From Dipteris shenzhenensis (lineage: Eukaryota), in assembly GCA_047967505.1 (NCBI GenBank), contig CM106538.1: a stretch of DNA of 64,000 nt; one strand, written 5' to 3'. The translations under genes and the position numbers were made by a program. How positions within the stretch are numbered: position 1 is the first letter of the stretch; the number at the start of each line of letters is the position of its first letter. The notes beneath the pieces were generated by a model. That model saw only the letters and a program-made list of their open reading frames with translations, was not told the origin of the DNA and did no database searches. Of this stretch, positions 1 through 13,483 are shown piece by piece.

Positions 1-507
1 GTAATTTCATCACTTTTTGGTACTTCTATTCGGCACATCAAGAGTCATGACGTGATCTCCCTTGGTAGCTGCTCCTATGGCCTTCATCGCCACATCATTC
101 GAGGGCATCCTTGCCTGGTTCTTTACCGACATACCTCTTCGCATCAGGATGTGCACACTCTTGTGCGGTAACTACTTTTAGCTCATGGGTTCTCTGCCCT
201 TGCTATGCATAACATGAATGAAATCTTTTATATTTTTTATATGTTTGAGTTGAAGGTTCTCTCCCTTGAGTAGTCCCTCTAAAATGAATGTTTGAAGAGT
301 CAATAAAGGTCCTCTGCCTTGGATAGTCCTCCTAAAATGATGTATTTTCTTTTATATTTTTGGTGTGTAACTCCATGTTCCTAGTTAGTCCGTGGAGTCA
401 AGAGGGGGATGTACTGTGGGAGCCATGTATTGGCAGGTCTAGTTAGCAGGCCTGGCATATGAGTTCGAGGATGTTGGCGCATTGGTCTTCTAGACCTCTT
501 GAGTTGT
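1..507 (+). mobile_element. 3' internal region, PPT and start of an LTR of an LTR retrotransposon (fragment)
   Basis: Purine tract AAGAGGGGGA (400-409) immediately followed by TGTACTG at 410. Confidence 0.45.
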
Positions 508-2469
508 TCATGCATCCATGCTATAACATGAGCCTCTGAGCATGTTGATTCTCAAGCCATGAAAGCGCTTGGATCGATCTCTGAATCTCTGCCATCTGTG
601 AGCTCGTACCTGGGGTTGCTCGTACTGCTGGCTCTCCCTCTGTCTCCGTCTCCTCCGAGCTCTCCGTGAAAGCTGTTCCACTGGAGGCACCTCCAAGTCC
701 TGAGTCCACTGGAGGCTCCCTCGGAGGAGTCTCCTCTCGCTCTGCTGAATGAGTCGCAGAGACCCCTGGAGGCTGAGCTGTAGGCTCTGGGTCACTCGTA
801 GGATGCGATGGATCCGGAGTCTCTGATCGAGGCCGACGACTGGGGCAATCCCTAATAAAGTGACCTCTCTTCCGACAGAAAAGACACTGATCAGGAAGAC
901 CCTCGTACAAAACCCTCTGCTGAATTTGGATCCCATTTCCCATGGAGTACGAAATCAAAGTAGGCAAAGGTCGAGGAGGGGGGAACTCTGAAGTGATTTG
1001 ACCCTTGTATCACTTGTACCAGCAAGTGACTGAGCATAGGAAAGTCTAGCACCTGATGGGATGACTGTACCTGCCACACTAGCCATATGCTCCACAGCTC
1101 TGCGACAAGAGCTGACCTCATCAGGAAGTCGAGGGAAAAGCATCCAAAAAGAGACTTGTCGCGGTCTTGGGGAAGTAGTACTGAAGTGCTTCCGCCAAGG
1201 CCACAAATGGATGACTCTGCTTTGAAACTGAATCGGTGAGCTTGTAAGTACTCTTTGAGCTTGCTCTGCAGACTGAAGGCCAAAAGAAAAGTACCCTCTG
1301 CCAAGCAATCGGAAAACCGTAACTGAGACATCTAATGAGGCCATGCTGGTGTACACCCAATCACGTGACTGTTGGCTTCTACCGGGTAGAAAGCCAATGA
1401 TGTGCGTCAAACGAAAACCCTCCTCTGCTACCTCAATCATCTGCACAATGTCGGGAGGAAAAGAAACTGTGACTTCAATCTCCTCAAGTTCGGCGACGGG
1501 AGTGGCATTAGTGTCCTCCATTGTCTCAGCTTGCGCTGTCCTGAGGGGAGGAGCTACCTCTGCTGAAAATACCCACCAAGAACTCGCAACCAACCACTAG
1601 TCAATCCCCAAAAACTTGGTTAATGAATGCCCCAAACTTCAGCCTGCGTGGGATGAAAACAAGCCGCTCAATGCTGAAGTAGAAAGCTCCACCAATGCCC
1701 TGGAAACAGCCCAGGAACTCAGCTCCCTGGAACACGAGCAGAGCAGCCCCGGAGAGGGCCTTGAAGCAGCCCAGCTTGAAGCGCAAGGGAGGGGCGGACA
1801 ACAGCGACTGGCAGCCTGAAAGGCGGCCTGAAGGGGCGACCTGAAGGGCAAGGGGGGCGCGACCAGCAGGGTGCGGCCAGACGTACTCAAGGGGGGCACG
1901 ATCAGCAGGGCGCGGCCAGACGGGCTGAAGGGGGGCGACCTAAAGGGCGCGGCCAAGGGAGCAGGGCGCCGCCAAGGGAGCCTGCGCGGCCAAGGGAGCA
2001 GGGCGCGGCCAAGGGAGCAGGGCGTTGCCAAGGGGGCTGGGTGATGGCGACGGGTGGTGGCGGGCAGCTGCAGACGGGAGCTCCTCCAAGATCGTTGGCT
2101 AGCCCTTCCCTCAACACATTCACTAGGATGTTGAATTCTGATCGGCTTTGGGATTTCCCTCCATTTCTACTTCGCATTTTGAGACCACCATCTGAGCCGT
2201 CCGACGTTCCTTGTCATGCGGACAATCTTTCCACTGATGAGGTTGAGGCATCTAAAACATAAGCCTTCTTCCTCGCTTTCTCTTTTTGTTCTAGGGTCAA
2301 AGAAGATTTCGACAAAGCTTGGGCTGCCATTCTCTTCATTCCTGGCCACTAGGCTGTGAGGCACTACTCTTACTAATCCCGTTCTTCTCAAACCTACTCT
2401 TTTTTGGGTACTCATACCGAGTCCCAGCCTGCACAAATCCACTTGGCTTGTTACCTTTGGCATCTTCAT
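508..2469 (-). mobile_element. L1-clade LINE ORF1 remnant (RRM/DUF4283-like region plus CCHC knuckle)
   Basis: ORFs 955-1593 (FRLLGRGYFSF...HLWPW...SFWMLFPRLP) and 521-967 (YEGLPDQCLFCRKRGHFIRDC) joined by a frameshift; upstream boundary approximate. Confidence 0.75.
1810..2040. repeat. GC-rich ~19-bp tandem repeats (gggcgcggccaagggagca) within the L1 ORF1 region
   Basis: Several near-identical units visible at 1945-2030 and looser units from 1810. Confidence 0.7.
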
Positions 2470-4610
2470 AGTTCTAGGCTATGGCAATTGCTTCATCTAG
2501 AGTGTTTGCATATTTAGCCTGAACTTCCATCTTGATTTGATCATTTAGTCTGAAAATAAAATCCTTTACTTGCAGCGATTGAGAAAGAGGTTCATATACT
2601 TTCATTACACATTCCCTAAATTTATTAATATATTCAGCCGCTGACAAATCTCTTTGACGAAGGCCCCCATACTGATCCCAAGCTCGGGATGCTTCCTCAG
2701 GAGGCAAGTTTCCTAAATTCTTTCTTGAACCCCTCCTAGGTAGTGGATGCCACACCATCCTTTTGTTGTTTGATCCACTACCTCATCAAACATATGAGTA
2801 GCCTCACGGATTTTCTTCATGTCATTCTTGATTTCACAAATGGCAAAAGTTTCATCCCATTTGTGTAACTAGGCTTCTATGACATCAGAGCTACGGTTAG
2901 TCATCCGACTAGAATACTTTTCTAGCCTATATTTGGTAACATTAGGTATCTTAGCCCTCCTAGGCTCAACCGTATGTATACTGGTTTCAGGATCCATTGG
3001 AGCTTTTTGTTTTTCCTCCCTGGATGGTCTTGCAAACATACTATGAACCATCTGTCTGAATTCTGATTGCCTACATTTTCATGTAGTTGTCGAGACAAAA
3101 TTTGTTGTAAGGCATCCTCTAAAAAAGCAATCCTACCTGACAATGTATATGCAATTGGGCGCGACACTTGTTGTGTTGGCCGGACTCCCAATTCTACAGG
3201 ATCCACCCATGTGGCTTCTTCTTCAACCTCCATTGTTGCTATAGCTTTGCCTTTGTCCATAAACTCTTACATAATCCCAAATATTCACAACTGATCAAAG
3301 TCCTTAACAATAAAGCTGTAAATTCACACCTTTTCCCTATGCTAGGGAAATACCTGCAATCTCAAATTAACTCTAAGAGGAAACTTTAAACAAAACTGAT
3401 TTTGGAAGGAAAGGAATGTTAAGCCCCTTGGTTAGGTTCTTGCAAGATGGTGGTCACATGAGGCTTGACAAAGTTGTTAAAGGAAGAGCCTCCACGCTCA
3501 AACTCAACCAACTTCCCACCTGGCAATTGGAAGCCAAAGCACTGTACCGAATGTGAAGCCTTTGATAGTTGCATTCATTATCATCTACCAACCAATAAAA
3601 TTGTGACGTCCCGAAACATGGGTTTCCTCACACAAGCCAACGATTGTGTCATAGTCAAACACCCTTTGCACACCAATTCCATCAAGATTCACGTCAGTCA
3701 TGAACGAAGCTTACGTCCATTTCAACCCTTCAAGAAACTAGAGAAAAAGAGTCACGTTTCTGTTAGCTTGGACATGTATAAGGAATTTTGTAAATAATTT
3801 CCTTTGTTAGAATTTGTCCGTTAGTCCTTGGCAGAACAATTCGGAGACAATCCTGTTTCTTGATGGTCTCTCTCCGTTAGAGTTTCTTCGTCCTTTGCCT
3901 ACATAGAGATATAGTGGTCTCCTTCCATCACAACCTGCACCACCACTAGTCAAACTAGACCCAGTCATGTCCGCACGTTGGCCAATGAGTGCAAACGTTT
4001 CCCAATTCCCTTGTCACCAACCTGCCGCTCTGATACCAAATGATAAGCGCAAGACACAACACTAATTTTCTTGTAGATCACGGGTGTAGGCACATGGTTA
4101 TTCTACCACCCAACCAATCTCTGGTAAAGCAAGCTCAAACATATCACACACGTTTTTCCTTCTGCATGCTTTCTTCAGAGCCCACAATTCCCTAGATGAA
4201 TCTGGATGCCACATGTCAATAATTTGAAGCCCCTAGCATACGTCCTTTTAACCCCTCACTTGGGATAATGTTAATTCCATTTGCCCCTTGGCAAATCACA
4301 CATTTAGGCGCACCTAGGCCCTCAGCCTTAGATTCATCTAGTCTGTGCCATTATGCCCTCACCAAGGACCTTGACATTGATTCCCTAAATGTTTACATGA
4401 AGCTCAATAAACTTTAATACAAAGGTTGGTCCACACAAAAGGAAAATGTCTAGCGATCCCTCCGAGGTCATGTTATCTCAACTAGAGCATAACAACTTGA
4501 TCCACGCACCTCTTGTAGCTTGACTTCGAGTCCGGCCAACGCGGCATACCCTCTTCTCAATCGGGCCTGTAGCGTTGGTTAGATCGTGAAGATCTGGTCG
4601 GAGAAAAGGA
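2470..4610 (-). mobile_element. Ty3/gypsy 5' fragment: LTR, tRNA-iMet PBS and degenerate gag
   Basis: Minus strand reads ...TTATCA tt TGGTATCAGAGC (PBS at ~4027-4038, LTR edge 4041); gag remnants (LRQRDLSAAEYINKFRE...FIFRLNDQIKMEV) at 2474-3260. Far LTR boundary uncertain. Confidence 0.75.
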
Positions 4611-4775
4611 CCTCCAAGTATGTGTAGGATGCAACCACCTCCACAGGCAGCCCTCCTAGGGTGAAATGCTCTCTGTGCATGGCTTCCGGGATGTGTTGAA
4701 GATCATGACCTTGGTTTTGCCAAGGTTGACCTTCAAATCATGTGTTGAAGATCATCACCTCGGTTTTGCCAACAA
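4610..4775 (-). mobile_element. RTE-X-like LINE RT fragment with short internal duplication
   Basis: Encodes DLKVNLGKTKVMIFNT...SYTYLE; tgtgttgaagatca(t)gacct(t/c)ggttttgccaa occurs twice. Confidence 0.7.
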
Positions 4776-4844
4776 GCATCCCTCACAAACATGTTTAACC
4801 GGTGCATGCATGGGAACCATCATGTTTTGTGAATGCATTTTAAC

Positions 4845-6180
4845 CACAGTTAGGGGAAACGGAAACGGGGAAACGGGGAACGGAAACGGAAACGGAAATG
4901 TTTCGGGATTTTTGGGAGGGCTGAAACGGGGAAACGCCACGTCAGCAAGGGAGCTTTAGAAAAGGGAGTTTTGAGATGAGAACACACACATTTAGAATGC
5001 TACAGCCTACAGCCTACCTGTAACTTAAAATATAGTGCATAATACTTACCACATGGCACAATGTCACTTAGAAGTTAGAAGTTAGAACTTAGAACAAGTT
5101 ACAAATTATAACTTAGAACTTGGAGCTTAGAAGTTAACTTTAGCAGTGAGCAATACATATTACAAATATAAATGACAAATCTGAAATCAATGAGAAAAGC
5201 TGAAGATTGACAAGTTACAAAATGCCAAAGGTAATATAATATATGATTCATATATGAATTATGTCTCATTGTCAAGAGTCAAGACTCAAGACTCAAGAGT
5301 CACAAGTACAAAATTCAGATTCCCAAAAGCCTAGGCTCTAAGCCTTAAGGCCAACCGCTACATCATTGATGATATGATCAAAATCCATAATGTAGATTCT
5401 AGAATCTAGATAGCTCAGCTGCTCAAGAGTCCTCCTCCTCCTCCTCCTCCTCCTCCTCCACTGCCATCTCCTCATCGTCCTCCCCCTCCTCATCATCATC
5501 AGTGAGGGTGTCATCAGGCTTATGAAAACCAATGAACTTGTCATGAGTGTACTCCTGTCTCATCCTGTTAAGCAAACGCAAGTTTGCATTAACAAAGACA
5601 AGATCGTTCGCCTTGTGTGCTTTGAGACGGTTCCTCTTCTTTGTATGGATGTGGGCAAAGTTGCTCCACATGCGCTCACAAGAGGAGGAGCTACAACCCT
5701 GGCTGAGAATCCGAATGGCAAGCGATTGCAGCTGTGGGGAATCAGCTCCATAATCCTCCCACCATGTAACAGACCCAACTCGAAATCTGAAATTTGAAAG
5801 ATCATAAAATTCAGATATATGGCAAAGCTCATGAAATCTGAAAATTATGAATCATTAAATAGTAAAATTTAAGAATTTAAATGAGTTAGGATTACCTGTC
5901 ATGTTGGGCATCTGGCCATCCAAATATGCCCTCCTTATTGCGGTAATTGGCGAGCTGGTCCTTCATTGTCCGGTGAGCCTCTGGCATTTGCACCATCTTC
6001 TGAAGAGCGAGGTTCCAACCATGGACCACCTCTGCATCACTTTGTTGGGCAGTTGCCTTGTGTTGAAACTTTGGGTCCAACACAAATGCAGCCGCATGAA
6101 TGGGAGAGTAGTACTGATTTCACCTAGTCACAGCCAAGTCCTCCAGCTCTTTCAACCTGTGGGGATCTTCCAGCTGCCCA
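4845..6180 (-). mobile_element. hAT DNA transposon 3' half (transposase C-terminus with intron, and terminus)
   Basis: Terminus CACAGTTAGGGGAAAC at 4845 with GGAAAC subterminal repeats; spliced (intron 5787-5895) peptide ...GIFGWPDAQHDR/FRVGSVTWWEDYG...LAIRILSQGCSSSSCERMWSNF..HTKKRNRL is the hAT dimerisation domain. Confidence 0.9.
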
Positions 6181-6189
6181 TTTATTTAT

Positions 6190-8910
6190 TATACACATCT
6201 TTAGACACCACGGCATGCCCAAGTCTATAGTATCAGATAGAGACTCAAAGTTCACTAGTAACTTCTGGTAGGCTTTGTTTGAGAACCTTGGAACTCTTCT
6301 AAGTTTCTCCTCAGCTTTTCATCCTCAAACGGATGGCCAAACTGAAGTTACGAATAGTACACTCTTGGATTTGCTGAAATTTTATGTGCATGACCAGCAA
6401 ACCTTTTGGGAGAAATTCCTTCCTCTTGTGGAGTTTGCTTATAACAACACAATTCATTCCTCCACTGGAAAAGCTCCTTTCGAAATTGTATATGGTAGAT
6501 CTTTACCAACTCTATCATGCAAACAAAAGAGAAAATCTTTGCCGCTGATCAATTCGTGGAGGATTATGACTCTGCTTATGCCACGGTTTGAGCAGCCATT
6601 CAAAAGGCACAGGAGAAACAAAGAGCAGCTGCAAATAAAAGACGGAGGGCGTTTGCAGTGAAAGAAGGCCAATGGGTCTTATTGAAATTTGAGAAAGCCC
6701 GGTTAAAAACCAAAGTGGGCAAAAAGCGCATCTACTTTAAGCTATCCTTTCGATATTATGGTCCTTTTTAGGTGTTGCAGGTAATAAATGATGTCTCAGT
6801 CCGATTGAGACTTCCAGAGCATTGGAAGATCCACAATGTCTTTCACATAAGCTTGGTGAAACCCTTCATTGGGGAACCACCTCAAGAGCCCACACTGGAC
6901 GATGCACCTGAAGTAGAGGACACTGAGATCTTGTTGATCCCATAGCAAATTATTTTGCATAACTTCACTACGGGACGTCGAGGCACGACTCGCAAAATGT
7001 ATCTTTTGAAGTTCAGAGGGCTCCCATCCACCGATGCCCAATGGGTGGACAGAGCTATATTTCAGGAGTGTCCTGAAATCCTGGATGCTTATGAGGAAGC
7101 ATTTCAGTTGCGGACAACCGAATGAAAGACGGAGGGAATGTCATCCTGCTTCAACATGTATCCACTTGCTTGGTACTATTTCTTTTTGTTTTTCAATAAG
7201 TATGCTTATTAAGAAATGAAATGTTTTCCTACTGTTCAGTTACGGACAATGGGGACTAGGTCTAGCATTTGAGGGTGGACCCCCTTGCTTGGGGTTATGG
7301 GCATTAGTGACCCACAAGAGTGATGGCCTCTCTTTGAGAGGGACATTTGGAAACCACACCCCACCTGAGTACCCAAACATGGGACCAATCAAATGCACAG
7401 ATTGCATACCGACCTAGGAACCATTCAAGAGAATGTTCCCTGAGCTTTGGGTGTGGGCCTGGCAGCATGCCAAGAGTAATGGAGATACAAGATAAGACGA
7501 CAAACAAATGAGCTCAGTATGGCTCAATTATGACCTTAGAGTACGTCAATAGATAGTCTAAGCTGTTAGGAACCCGTGGGTGCGATTTGAATTGAATTCT
7601 GACAACTTTGAAATTTTAGGGTTTTTGAAAGTGACATGTGGCAGACTGCCACATGGAATCTGAGCTGGCAGGTCAGTCCACCTGTCCCACACATGTGGCA
7701 GCATGCATGGCAAGTGGTAGGGCATGCAGGCCAAGTGTTTGGCCCCAAATCTGGTAGATTTGGGGCAGGTTGTGGGCTGTCCTCTTTGGGACTGCAGCCC
7801 ACCAAAAATCTGGGACAAGTGTCCACCTTCCACTCTAGGCCTAAGGGGGGGGGCTGAGCCTATAAAAGAAGGCCTCTCCTCTTCATTCCTCACATGAAAA
7901 ATTCGTCACTTTTCTTCTCCCTCCTTTTGGATGATGCAGCAGAACCTCTTCAGCTCCTTGAGTGCAGCCAGCTTCTCCCCAGGCCATTCTCTCACCTCAG
8001 CAGCACTTTCTCTCTCTACAACAGCACATTCTCTCTCTACAGTTCCAGCCCCTCCTCTCCAGAAATCTGCCCCCTCTCAGCTCTTCTGGAACAGCAGCAG
8101 CATCCTCTCTCCTTCTCCTAGCCTGGAGCAGCCATAGCCCCTTTCTCTCTCCTACTGCAGTCTTTCTCTCTCTACTGCAGAATTTCTCTCTCTACTGTTC
8201 CAGCCCATTTCCCTTGCAGAATTCTGCCTTTCTGTGCAGCTCTGGAACAGCAGCAGCTCCTCTCTTACATCCCCTCCCTTGGGATCAGCATTGGCACTCT
8301 CTCTCTACAGCTATCACTCCATAAAAGCTTTCTCTCTCTAGCCTACAGGCTGTTTTTTCTAAGCTGTTCTCATTCCAGCCCCTTTTCCACACTCTCCTCA
8401 CCCAAGGTAGCTTCAGAGGCATCAAGGACTTCATCTACAAAAGGGTCAAGTCACGAAGGGAGCCTGTATTGTCAAGTTTATCTCATTTACAGCACTATTT
8501 CATGTTGTTTCTACTCTCTTTCTAGAAACTAGTGCTTGTCTCTAATGTTGGATGTAAGTGGTGATTGTTGCAGGCTTCTTCCTTGTGGATTGGGCAAGCC
8601 AAGAGTTGAAACCGGAGCTTGAAGTCCTCCTTTGTGTTGTCTACCTTACACATATGCTCTTGAGTCTTGTATCTAGGTCCTAGGTTTTCACCGAGTTCAT
8701 TGGTTTGGAAGGTGCATTGCACCTTGGTCTTGTATCTCCATTTTCAAGAATAAAGTGAGCCTGGATAAGGGGGGGGGCCTCGTCTTGGCCCCTCAATCAT
8801 ATTGCATTTTCCAATGATGTCACTTTGTGTTTAAGCTGTGTAAGTCTTAATTCCAGCTTAATTGCAAACTCTTAAGTTCAAGTATATGTGTTTGGCAACT
8901 CGCAATCATC
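6190..8910 (+). mobile_element. Ty3/gypsy (chromovirus-like) 3' fragment: integrase, chromodomain, PPT and LTR
   Basis: [12 protein letters not shown]...HPQTDGQTE...YYGPF...IHNVFHISL and chromodomain-like YLLKFRGLPSTDAQW; PPT GAAAGACGGAGGGAA then TGTCATCC at 7139; TATAAAA at ~7861 followed by CT-rich tract. Right end approximate. Confidence 0.85.
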
Positions 8911-10050
8911 TCATTCAAACGCCTCTGCAAAATCCGTTGTCTGAATTAATAGAAAGCACCGAGTAGTACTAGTGTGTACCGTATCTGTCCAAGTACTGGC
9001 CAAGATCTGAGAAGGGTGAACCTGAGAACCCTCCAAAGCCTCAGTGCATCTGGCTCTCCAAATGTGCCATGCTGCAATGCTAGCTAAGACGTCCCATGGA
9101 GAGTCAACCGAGGAATGAGCAGCCCTGAAGAGAGTGGCCGGAACATCCTCTAGAGAGCTCGACTCCACAAGGTGTCGTCGAATGTGAAGAGCCCAAGAGG
9201 AGTCAAGTCTCTCAAAGAAGACCTCGGGCCCTGAAAGAGTGAGCCATGCCACTGATCCCTAGGTCATGTAGAAAGGTAGGTGAACAAAAGTGCTGAGAAG
9301 TCTTGCCATCCCCTTTCATATGATTCTCGCCTGTCTGCAATCCCAAAGGCAGTGCTGTATTGTCTCCAAAGCAGAAAGGCAATGAGGGCAAGAAGGGTCA
9401 GATCCGAACCTGGATCTCCATTGGTTCACTGCTATCCCACCATGAATAGAAAGCCAAAAGAAGAGTGATTTTTCTATTCCGATGGGATTTCCAGAGCCTC
9501 TGCCAAAAATTTTTTTGCAAGTCAGCAGAAATCTGAAAGTTCTCCCAATAAGGAGCTCTGGTAGGCCTCCAACCCTTACAGCTGAGCTAGAATTTCCTGG
9601 CATTACTGACCGTGTAACGAAAGAAGGGGATGCCCTTCTGTCGGTGCCCTTCTTCCATCCATTCCCATTCCCCAGGGTCCCACTGCAAAAACTTAATTGG
9701 GACACCTCCATAGAGCCACAGCCTCCATGAGCCGAGGGCAAAGCCCACTATCCTGACTGGTTGAAACGGTATCTCCAACAAGATATCGTATGTGGATCTG
9801 GACAGCCTGTCCCCCGAAGAAACATCAAAGACTAAGGCATCCTCATGTATGTCATGAAAAGCAATCACCTGTAAAGGAACTCCCAATCTGGAAAATGCCA
9901 TTCCAAGGGCAAGGCTGCATCAATCTGATGGACTCTCCCTGCACTTCCTGAGATTAAGAACCATCTGGGCCTGTCGGTCTGCAGGAAGCTTCCTGAATGC
10001 TTTCCATGCTCCCACGGTAGATGCAGGGCCCCTCTCCCATCTTGCGGACA
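8911..10050 (-). mobile_element. L1 LINE ORF2 3' fragment (zf-RVT region)
   Basis: FFWLSIHGGIAVNQWR...CPHCLSALETIQHCLWDC; WHIWRARC; same family as 18367-19198. Confidence 0.85.
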
Positions 10051-10575
10051 ACCTTGTTTGACCCCATGGTGATCATCTCTTCTATCCACCCTGCAACTTT
10101 TCGAACCCGACCTGAGACTCTCTCATAAAGTGCCATGACTGCCCAAGTGCTCCCCTTGTCGCATCCCAACTGCCATAGGCGTCTAATGAGTCGGGCCCTT
10201 GGTACCATGCCAAACGCCTTGTGAAAATCCACAAAGTAGTAGTAGACCCTCTGTCTCCATGGCCTGGCCTAGCCTGGCCTCCTCAATAACCTCTTGATAG
10301 TTAGTATATGAACTATGGTCCCATGATCTACCCGGAAACCTAGTTGTCCCATGGCTCTGAAACCCCAATGTTCTGCTACCAGGCTAACCTCTCCGTCGCG
10401 TTGATGCATAGATCTTGGACATGACATGTCCAATCATAATGGTCCTTGTAGTTTTGCGGGCTCATGGGATCTCCTGCCTTGTGTATGGGGGTGATGGTGT
10501 TAAGGGTCCAAGTTTGTGGGAAGCATGTGCAGACTACTTCATTGAAAAGCTTCGCTAAGATCGGGGCCATGTATT
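10050..10575 (-). mobile_element. RTE-X-like LINE RT fragment
   Basis: PIHKAGDPMSPQNY, VDFHKAF..VPR, GVKQGC motifs across frameshifts. Confidence 0.8.
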
Positions 10576-10719
10576 GATTCCATATGCAAATGCCAACAAA
10601 TGCTTTCATTGCAAGGAAGAGGGACATGTAGCACGTGAATGCCCAAAGCACAAAATGAAGGGGAAAGCTGATGATAGGATGAGCAGAAAGGCAAGAAGCA
10701 ATTTCACACCCCACACACA

Positions 10720-13290
10720 CTGTATGAGCTCCTGGGCTATTCTATTAGTCTTATGCTGTGCTTACCCTCTGTTGGTCGATTTCTAACATGGTATCAGGGC
10801 CCACGGAGGAGGCTCACAGGTGTGGGAGCTTGAAGGCAGGGGCCTTGCTGAAGGACGACCCTGATTCAGAGGCTCTTGGGAATCGACTTCCACGATTGGA
10901 GGACAATGCCCATGCCCTTGCGAGAAGGAGGGTGACTCAGGTTTAGTTAGGTACATACAGAGTTCTGGTCTACAGAAGGTTGAGTTTGATTGACTTTGCT
11001 GTGTGGTTTAGCAGTAGAGATGTCGGTTTCAGAAGCCTCTTTAGCTCCTTCTCTTCCTTCCTCGTCTCCCAAACTTCTTCTTTCACCATCCCTTACTTTG
11101 GAGAGTCTGGGAAACTGAATAGGTCAAACTACCCAATCTAGAAAGTGAAGATTTGGAGTCATTTAGTGGCTCGGAAGCTGTGGAAATTGACAACGGGAGT
11201 GGAGGTGAAGCCGAAGGATATGGTGGACAACAAGGGGAAGATACTCATACCAAAGGATGGAGAGGAGCTCGAAGGTTGGGAAGATAGAGATGCCCACGTC
11301 ATGGCATTGATCATAGGGACTACGGTGGACTCTGTACTTCCTCACATCCAGATGGCCGACATGTCAGTAGAGGTGTGGACCATTCTGAAGGATCTGTACA
11401 AGACAAATAACACATTTTGGATCTTGCTTCTTCAGCATCAGCTCTACAACCTGGATTTGGATGAGGGAGATTCGGTACATGACCACTTGACGAAGGTCAA
11501 GGTGGTGAGGGATTGACTAGCATTGGTTGGTCATAAGGTGGACTCGTGCCATTTGGCCTTGATGGTACTGAGGAGGCTACCTCAGAGTTTCAAAAGATTC
11601 AATTGTGACAGCAGGATAGAGGACCAATCCTCTGACTTTTGAGGAGTTGGGTCCATTACTGCTCTAGGAAGAAGCTAGGGAGAAGCTCTACAACAACAAC
11701 AAAGATGACAAGGCGTTGTTGGCAAAAGATTACGGAGGCAAGGGAAAGGGCAAGCCTAATGGTGGCAAGTCCAAGAAGGATGACTCTGATGATGAGGACA
11801 CTTCCCAGAAGAGGAAGTAGAAGAAGTGGTTCTATTGTGATACGCCAAGCCATTTTGCAAAAGATTGCAGAAAGAAGAAGGTGGATGAGAAAAACAAGAG
11901 GGAATCCGACTCAGATTCAGAGGGCAATACAAGAGCCAAAGCTAATGTGGTGATTGAAGAACTATTCTTGGTGACATCTCCATGTGTTACTGAGGTCACA
12001 TATGCCGACCTAGAAACCAGTGATGATGTCTGACATTGAGATGTGGGTCGACGAGGAGTTAGAAACCTTTGTGAAGGTGAAGGCAGCATGGAATACTTGG
12101 TATGTTCCAGGTGCGGTGCCCTAGGGTTTCATATTCAGATGGTTGCTGTACTTGAGAAGGGGGCAGTACAGGATTACACATGCTATTGGTATGTGTCTCG
12201 ATGAGATGCATGGCTTGCTTTCAGAGCAAGCGCACAGGAAATACGGCGATTTGGTATATACTTGATGTTCTTAATTTGAGCCTTTATAGCATGCTGTGGA
12301 GAGAATCTGCTCTTCAAATGTCTCAAGTAATGCGAGATTGGAAGGAATTGGCCTTCTTCGAAGGCAGAAGGGGAAGTGTGGGTGCTTCTTCAAATCTCGG
12401 ACACAGATTGCTAGAAGGTGATGAACAAGGTGTACTGAAGCTAGAAGAGTACCTGCTTGAGAGCTCAGTGAGAGTTCGTGGTCTAGGTTATGTGGAGATA
12501 ATAATTTGTTGCGGGTCTTGCCAAAGGAAAGGACGGGTTGAAACAGACCGTCAGAGCACGGTGCGTGGAGTGGGACAATTGGAAGATCGTGGCGTCTGGA
12601 TTGCTCAAGCTCAAAGGCGGGAACATGACTGAAGGTGGTGGTGCTAGGAGGTGCTACTAGAGATGGACCTGTGTACCAGGATGGTGTGCGCAAGCGGAAC
12701 TAGACCCGGTGGAGCAGGAGCCACTGGATCAAAAGCCAGGAAAAGATTTCGACATCAAAATGTTCTAGAGGAGTACGACCAAGGAGTTACCGGAGCATCG
12801 TCATCAAGGTGTTGGCTTTGGGCCGAGATGTGTCAGTGAGAGGGGGTGTTGGAAAGGTCACCTCTCCATCTATAAGCCCCCATTATGAGGAGAGCATGGG
12901 GGAGGTAGACCAGGGGATGTTGGGGCTGCCACATGGGCAGCACATGCATGTGGGTAGCAGACAGAAAAGGCGGAGGTTGCCACATGGGCAGCACACAGGC
13001 TGCCATGTGGGCAGCTGTCAAAGCAGGATCAGTGGGCTGACAGAGGAGCAGCATGGCAAGCCAAAAGGCGCTAGCAAATGGCAGGCCATGGGCTTGCAAA
13101 AGAGGCGCACAAGTGGCGGCATGAGCAACCCAGTGGTCTGATTGCCAAACTGACCTGGTCTGATCCACTCCCCTCCTGGCACATGAGCAAGGCCTTGGCT
13201 CAGCCTCCAAACAGCCAGACCTGCACCAGAGGTGGCTGGATCCACCACAAGGGACTGGCAGACACACATGCCCAGGTATGCATCCAACCA
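10720..13290 (+). mobile_element. Ty1/copia internally deleted element
   Basis: LTR end ...TCTAACA then PBS TGGTATCAGGGC at 10788; copia gag (KIWSHLVARKLW...WTILKDLY; FYCDTPSHFAKDC); PPT GAGAGGGGG then TGTTGGAAAGG at 12847. Confidence 0.8.
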
Positions 13291-13415
13291 TATCCTACTC
13301 TATCCTCACAAGGGGCGGGCACACCCACAAGAAAGGCCCTCATCCTCTTGTACGCATGATACATCAGGAAATGCTAAACTCCAATAGTAGATAGGTTGAG
13401 GGAGATGGGCCGAAC

Positions 13416-13416
<1 letters not shown>

Positions 13417-13482
<66 letters not shown>
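13417..13482. repeat. (GA)n microsatellite, the (TC)n tail of the adjacent minus-strand LINE
   Basis: About 33 GA units directly abutting the LINE 3' end. Confidence 0.95.
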
Positions 13483-13483
<1 letters not shown>
